Positions 57,246 to 64,000 of a DNA stretch of 64,000 bases are shown one piece after another (the stretch's first letter is position 1; each line of letters begins with the position of its first letter). The stretch lies in the NCBI RefSeq assembly GCF_009914755.1, contig NC_060926.1; one strand, written 5' to 3'. The translations under genes and the position numbers were made by a program. The stretch is from the human T2T-CHM13v2.0 reference genome, Homo sapiens. The notes under the pieces were generated by a model that was not told the DNA's origin, did no database searches, and was given only the letters and a program-made list of their open reading frames with translations.

Positions 57246-60200
57246 GCTGTGCCCCTGTGATGGGCCTCACCTGCTTTCCCCGTGGGGATTAATGCAGCTC
57301 AAGGAGTGGGGCTGGTTCCCTTCCCCTTAGCTGTGTGACACCTTCCTCTCCCAGAGTAGCCCAGACCATGAGGGAGCCGCAATGCAGATGGAGCCACGGA
57401 CAGATCGTTGCTGAGCGGGTCACTTTGGAAGCAGGTGGGCTGCAGAATTGCTCAGACCCACACCCCTAAGGGCTCTTGCTCAGGGCTTCGGTGAACTTAC
57501 CTACCTGGTTTTTTCCCCTATAGTCCAAAACTTTTACCATGCAATCAGTCCTGTGACATTTTTGGAGGGAAAGCTTCAGAGTTCCAAGCACTAGGTAGGT
57601 AGGTGGGTGGTCTGATTCCCATTTCTGCCCACCACAGGCTGGGCAGGCCTGCCTCCTTCCCGGTCTCCAAGGCCGCCCCTCTGCGGGGCAGAGGGAAGCT
57701 GTTGGAAGGCCATGCCAGTGTTATCAGATAATAAGATGACAAGGTTTAGGATAGTGGAGAGAGGACAGATGCATGTAGCTTTCCTTACCCTCATTGTAAC
57801 CACTGCTCTAAAACTGATTTATGCCATTCTGCCGGCCCTGAAGCTGGCCAGGGAGTGCCTTTGCTGGCAGTCTGTCTTCAGATGGGAGGAGATAAGGGAG
57901 ATCCGGAGAATGGATCATCAGGAAGCATTTAGAGAAAATTGCTTGCCCTCCCAGTGCCTTACACAGTCCACTGTCAGACACTGTTGGTCGTGGCTGAGAG
58001 TTATTTCATGATTTTTAAAACAACTACAGAATGTAGTGTGTTCCCAGAGGCAATCACGAGCTCATTGTGTTCATCCTTGCTAATGCCTAGCAGAAAGGCT
58101 AGCTGTTGGAAGACTCTCACAAGGAGGCAAAAATGAGGTTGAGATGAGCACATTTTCTTCGGTGGCAATGGGCTTTGTGAGAGGTGGGAGTGGTGCTGGC
58201 TCCCATTGCTGCTGGGCATCCCCTGGAGTGGTCACTGCTGTTTGCCAGGAGTGGCTGTTCCCAAGCAGAAGACAATGAACCTAATGCTTTTGCTGTCCTC
58301 TTCCCCACTTCCCCAGATGATCTCCAGACAGATCTCTTGAGGGTTTCACTGGCTGCTTTGGGAGTAAATACTTGGTGTGGTCAAGTCCTCGGATGGAAAC
58401 ATGAAGAATGCTTTCCGGGTGGTTATCAGCGCAGGCAGGGGACTCCTTGATAAGGATTGCCTAAGACTTTGCTCTCTTATTCTAACCAGAATGAGAACAT
58501 AGCTATTGTCTACTTAACATCAAAACCCCCACATATGAAGTCCAAAACAAATTCACTTACAGTTTTGCCTGGACAAGGCCATGCATTTAGGTATCTTGGC
58601 TCTGACACATGGCTTGGTTGTATTTTTTAATCAAAAATACACTTGGGCTAGTAGATTTGAGTATCCTCAATCTGCTTCTCTATGGTGGTGACCTTGGGCT
58701 CAGCCAGAATCTTTTGCCAGGTTATGAACAGGCTTTTTTTTTTTTTTTTTTGCCAAAACAGAAGATGACTTGACAAGGTAATCAGATATTGAGGTATAAG
58801 CATAAAGTAACGCTAAATAAATAATTATTTAAAAATTTGGAAAAGAATGTTTTTAAACCACTAGTCAGGAAACAGCAGTGCATTTTTTATGAATTGGCCT
58901 CCTGTAATTTTCAGTGGCCTTGGGCTTGTGGGCAGGAGGTAACTGCAGGGTTGGATTAGCTTATTGATGCAGTGTGCTTGGAAAGGACAGTAGGATAAAA
59001 GGTTTTTTAATTGGCGGGCCCGTGACCCTGCGACTGGCTGATCATCCTGGCGAGGAAGGAGACCTAAATTGATTTAAGGACCCTGCCAGCTTGCCATTGC
59101 CCTTCCTCCTTGTCTCTCTCCCCGCTCTGCCTCTGTCTCTTTGCTTTAGTCACTCCTCTTTTTCTGTTTCTCTCCCTCTCTTTGTTCTCTCTTACACTTG
59201 TCTCCACCTATAAACTTTACAAAATAGTAGATATAATTGGGTATATACATACCTTTAAAACATTCTGGAAAGAGTCTCCCCCACAACCCACCAACATTTT
59301 AACAAATATCTCTGAATGACAGGATTACACATGACTTTACTCATTTCCTTCATATATGTCAGTACTTTTTAGTTTTTTCAGTGACTATATCTTTCATACT
59401 CAGACATTTTTAATAAAAATGAGAAGTAGGATGCTGAGTTATCTACATAGGATGAAGGTAGTAGTCAAATGTGAAAACAGTTTGTGCAAGAGTCTCCTCC
59501 CTTGACTAACATCAGCTGGGGACAGTGTGGGGACAGTGTCTTCTTCAGTGATGTCCTCAGGCCTGGGAGAACCACTTCACAGAGTGGACTTTGATACGTG
59601 TTTGTGGCATTAATAATTAGGGAAAGATATATGATGAAAAGAAAAAAGCAATTTTGGAGGAGACAGCTGTTTGGTTTTCAAATGATTGCTATTGAAGATT
59701 CGCTCTACTTGAATAAAGTGAAAAGGATAGTGGTGTAGAACTAAAAGGCTTGACTGGACACAGGCAGGATTTAATAAAACTCTCATTTTTAACCCCAGTA
59801 ATCTTTTACCAGAAAGAATATTACAGGGGTCGGGAAGTGGCTGTCTCCATGAAAAACAAATCTGGCAGATGTTTTTTAACCAAGAAAGTCAGTCCTCTGT
59901 GGGAATCCTAAATACTGGTCTTCGGTCACTTGCTAGAAATACACATAAAAGCAAGTGTGGGATGTGGGGCAGCTCCATTTTCTCTGTGTTTAACAAGCCT
60001 GTTTCTTTCAAGGAGAAATATTAATGGATTTCTCTGGTGCCCAAACCTACTTGTGGAAGGAGGAGCCTGACCTTACTGTCTCCCCGTTCTACATAATCTG
60101 GGTGTTCAGCCAACTGGCACAGATGGGCCAGACGCCAGGCTCAGCAACGTGCCCTGTACGCAGCTTTCTACCTCCCTGAAAGCAATCACCTATAAATGTC

Positions 60201-61917
60201 TGGTGCGAAGACTACAAAAGTTGAACTAGTTAGTAAAATGCTAAGCTGCTTCCAACAAGACATTCATCTCAGCTATTGCTTTGATGGGTGAATTTAAAAC
60301 TCTGCTAAAGGAATCTTTCCAGGAATTCCATCTCTAAAGCAGCACACTCCGGGACCTTAGTGGTGGAGAATCCACACCCATATTTTTCCCCCAAAAATCA
60401 CTTGTCTAGTTGCCATGTCTCCTCAGGACTATATTGTATCACTCTGATGTTTCTAGAATATTTTGTGCTGAGTGACTTGCTTAGAAAAAAAAAAAAAAAG
60501 CAAAGCAATGGTAATAGCTAACAGAATTTGGATTGGTGATGACTAAGGACTCAAGGTGCAATTTCTGGTTGAGTAGTCACTTTATTTACTTGGCAGGATG
60601 ACAGCAGTATTTTGAGAGAGTAATCTTTATTAATTTTGGTCCTAAAAAAAAGCCCTGAATTTTTTTTAGAGAGAGGCCCCCAAAGTATATTTTTTAATGT
60701 CAAAATAATATGAAAAAAAGGCTGAAATTTCAATAAGGGAATTCCTCAAGCACATTTTATGTTCAGCATCAACTGAATTGTGTTTTCTCTTCTATGTGGG
60801 CAATCCATGGACTGTTGTAAGTCTATAAGCTGTCGTGTCTAACATCTCATTAGCATTAGTGGAAGTATCATTGTGAATGGCCTTTCTCCTAAAGATAGAT
60901 ACGTTCCTGGTATGGATGGGTGACACTGCATGTCCCTACTACCATCCCTCTGTGCTTACTGTCTCCTTCGCTTCAGCCTCTTGAGTTCATTTGAAAAACT
61001 AGAGCCCCAGAATAGCAACAGATGACTCCAGGAATGCCCTGACTTTTGAAAACGTTTGTGGACACTCTGAGCCAGCCGTGAGCTGTGAAAAGACATCTAC
61101 TCATCTTCCCTGCCTCCTACACGCCCTCTGGCTTTCCTCATTCAAATATAAATTTGCTTAAATGATTAAAGAGAAGTTAACTAAGTAAAAACAGTACCGC
61201 TTCCTGTGCAGAAATTACATGCTTGTTTTGATGAGGGCCATTTATTTATTAGATGGTTTGCTGCATGTTATGTTGTCTTTGCAGTCTGCTGAGCTACCTT
61301 GATTGGATGCCAGGAGGAAATTATTCCTTAATGTAATTTTATGCTTAATTTATAGATGTAATGCCTATGTTTTTTTATCATTTCTGCTAGCTTTTAAAGC
61401 TCTATTAATACTTTAATTATGAGTTTGCTTTGTTTTCATAGCCTAAGGCTATTTGATGGGTAGGCAGATTTTAATAAATTAAATAAGTAGATATGGTTCA
61501 CTTACAGAGGAAACAAAATAATCAGAGAAAGTAAACTATTTGGAGGAATGACTGTAATCAGTTTCCTAATTTAAATAAAGATCTGCCCACAGTGCAGAGC
61601 CTTGGCAATTTGACTAGACCATCACTTTCTGAAATAATGGAGCCTCCACCACCACCTGCTACTGCTCTTACCTCAGACACAGAAAAACTTTCAACCATTA
61701 TGTGAAAAAGGAATAAGATTGAATTATATTATATTGTAAGAAGAAAAAAAAAAGAAAAAGGAAAAAGTACAGAAACCCTAAGGGCTGGGAATGCTAGCCT
61801 TGACTCTTATTAATTGGCTATGTGAACTTGGGCAAGTTATTTACTTTCTATGAGCCTCAGTTTCCACATCTCTAAAAGTTTTAATAATAACCTCTATTTT
61901 TTCTGTCTTTGTAGGGC

Positions 61918-62047
61918 TTTTTTTTTTTTCCAGAGGCAGGGCCTCACTATATTGCCCAGGCTAGTCTCAAACTCCTAGGCTCTAGCGATCCTCATGCCTC
62001 AGCCTCCCAAGTAGCTGGGACTGCAGGTGCACACAACTGTGCCTAGC
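61918..62047 (-). mobile_element. Alu monomer (FLAM-like) inside a MIR
   Basis: poly(T) plus 'ttgcccaggctagtctcaaactcctaggctc'; MIR text at 61795-61917 and after 62050. Confidence 0.82.
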
Positions 62048-62127
62048 TTTGACAGGGCTTTTATAAGGGAGAAAGGACATAATAGATGTAAAACTGCTTG
62101 TCAAACTGTAAATTGTTGTGCAAATAT

Positions 62128-62460
62128 AAGGCAGAGGCCACATGCTGGCAGTCGTGGGCCAAATATTGCACATGTATTTCACTTGGTTTGCACTGTATTT
62201 TTAAAAACAGAACTAACATTTAAAAATAGAACAGTTTACATAAATTCTGGATTTCTTACTTCTCTTGAAAAACCAAGCAATGTGGCAACCTGGGCCCCGT
62301 CTCTGTGTGGCAGCAGTTGGCCCGAGTTGAATTGTGGCAGCCCCTCAAGAAGGGGCATGCCTTTCCAGTTCTGGTGATCTGTACCCTTCCCTGACAGCTC
62401 TCTGACAATGACAGTGGTCTCTTTCACAGTTGATACAACTTGCCTGGCTCATGTGTGCAT
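62128..62460 (+). mobile_element. MER102-like hAT element
   Basis: 'ttacataaattctggatttcttacttctcttgaaaa...tggcaacctgggccc'. Confidence 0.65.
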
Positions 62461-62734
62461 TTAAATGTGTGATACTTGAGTAAGATATTAGACAGACAGC
62501 TTTAATTCTGTGGCAAAACCTTTTGGATTTGTGAAGACAAAGCTAAAGCCCTAGCTTGGACATTTTTCAGCTGGGGCAACTTGGTCAAGTCACTTCACCT
62601 TTTTGAAACTTTTTCTTTCTATGTACAATGGAAATATGATAACTACCTCATAAGATTTTGGAAAGGTTTTATATAAGATAAGCACCTCAGCTTATAAATA
62701 AGAATGAGTAACACATATCTATTATGTGTTAGTA

Positions 62735-63192
62735 GATATACAGTTATTTATTACCACAATAATGCTCCGTGTAACAACCATAAAATCTCAGTGGCCTATA
62801 GCAATAAGCACTTATTTTTCCCTACGAATTTATAGGTTGAATGGATGGCTCTGCTGATCTGGGTTGGGCTCTCTTACATGTCTGAGGGCGGTGGCTGGGC
62901 ATTCTGTTCCATGTGTCTCATCCTCCAGCAGGTTGGCCTGGGCTTGTTCTCATGGCAATGTCAGAGGAACAAGAGGGAAAAAGCAAGAGTGTGCAAGTGC
63001 TTTTTCAAGTCATCGCTTGTGTTATATTTGCTATTATTCCAGTGATCACAGTAAATCACATGGCAAAACCTAAAGTTGAGAGTTGGGACAGAAAGGCCCT
63101 TCTGCAATGGGAAGGCACTGCAAAGTTACATAGGAAAAAGACCCAAGGAGGGGTGAGGATTTGAGGCCATGCCTGCCATCAATCAGCCACAG
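62735..63192 (-). mobile_element. MaLR LTR (MLT1H/I-like)
   Basis: 'aaaatctcagtggcct', 'tctcatcctccagcagg...gggcttgttctcatggc', 'aaatcacatggcaaaacc'. Confidence 0.7.
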
Positions 63193-63353
63193 TAGGGCAG
63201 GCTAACCTGCTGAAATAAATTCCAAAGTAGTTAATAACTGAAATACTCTAGAAGTTAATTTCTTGTTCATTTTAACAGTACAGGTCCTGGTTACTGGGTG
63301 GCTCCTTTCATTTCTTAGCTCCATCATCACCTAGATCCCACTACTGCCTATAT

Positions 63354-63568
63354 CAGGGGTTGATAAACTTCTTAAAGGGCTAGGTAGTAAATATTTTAAG
63401 CTTTGAGGGCCATATGGTTTCTCTTGCAACTACTCAATGCTACTCTTGTACATAAGCAGCCATAGACAATGTGTGAATGAATGGGCATGGCTGTGTTCCA
63501 GTAAAACTTTATTTACAAAAACAGACAACAAGCTAAACTGGCCATGAGTCATAGTTTGCTGACTCCTG
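63354..63568 (+). mobile_element. MER58A
   Basis: caggggttgataaact...agtttgctgactcctg termini with MER58A body. Confidence 0.85.
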
Positions 63569-63804
63569 CCCCAAGAGCTGCAGGCCTGGTAGATATTAAG
63601 TTAATATGCAAGTTAACAGAGAGGACAATTTTACCAAATATTTTGCCCATGGAATAAGAGGAATCTCCAGCTTCCCATCCTGCCCTATCTGAGTCTTTGC
63701 TTTCTCTGGTGCCAAAACATTAAGCCAATTCTCATATATGCACATTTTCCAAACAGTTGTTTTCTACTTCAAGATAATAATTTTTTAATTAAAGAGTTAG
63801 AATA

Positions 63805-64000
63805 GGCCAGGTGCGGTGGCTCATGCCTGTAATCCCAGGACTTTGGGAGGCCGAGGCAGGTGGATTGCCTGAGCTCAGGAGTTCAAGACCAGCCTGGGCA
63901 ACACGGTGAAACCCCATCTCTACTAAAATACTAACAATTAGCTGGGCGTGGCAGTGCTAGTCCCAGCTACTTGGGAGGCTGAGGCAGGAGAATTGCTTGA
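63805..64000 (+). mobile_element. AluS, cut by the window edge
   Basis: ggccaggtgcggtggctcatgcctgtaatccc... Confidence 0.93.

Noticed and set aside
58280-58345. Acceptor-like site (cctaat...ccccag) as the next exon after 56984
   Set aside because: Joining gives an immediate stop (AG|A TGA) and no good donor follows.

Overview
Human or other anthropoid-primate genomic DNA (Alu, L1PA and HML provirus present), mostly interspersed repeats. No long intact host CDS is visible, and most six-frame ORFs are noise or decayed retroelement ORFs. Main contents: (1) a full-length but coding-defective HERV-K(HML-5)/HERVK22 provirus at 27480-35247 (+), with both LTR22-type LTRs, a 6-bp TSD, an exact tRNA-Met PBS, gag-pro(dUTPase)-pol-env remnants and a gag-pro frameshift pseudoknot; (2) a 13-kb same-strand pile of four nested L1s at 40.4-53.4 kb, including a near full-length L1PA; (3) a 3'-truncated U6 pseudogene; (4) many Alu, L2, MIR, MaLR and hAT fossils; (5) splice-signal evidence for host exons on +: a putative terminal exon near 21.98-22.3 kb and a putative first-coding-exon pair near 56.79-56.98 kb (MAAALDVSSERAEEDKT...) in a repeat-poor, motif-rich region. 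I could not name the gene or genes. The least ordinary features are DNA-repair-type scars: a 209-bp, ~98% identical inverted duplication with a stuttered templated junction (16474-17566), a 50-bp dispersed direct duplication and several micro-duplications. I found no convincing new biological system. Repeat subfamily names come from recalled consensus sequences, not a database search, and all counts are by hand.
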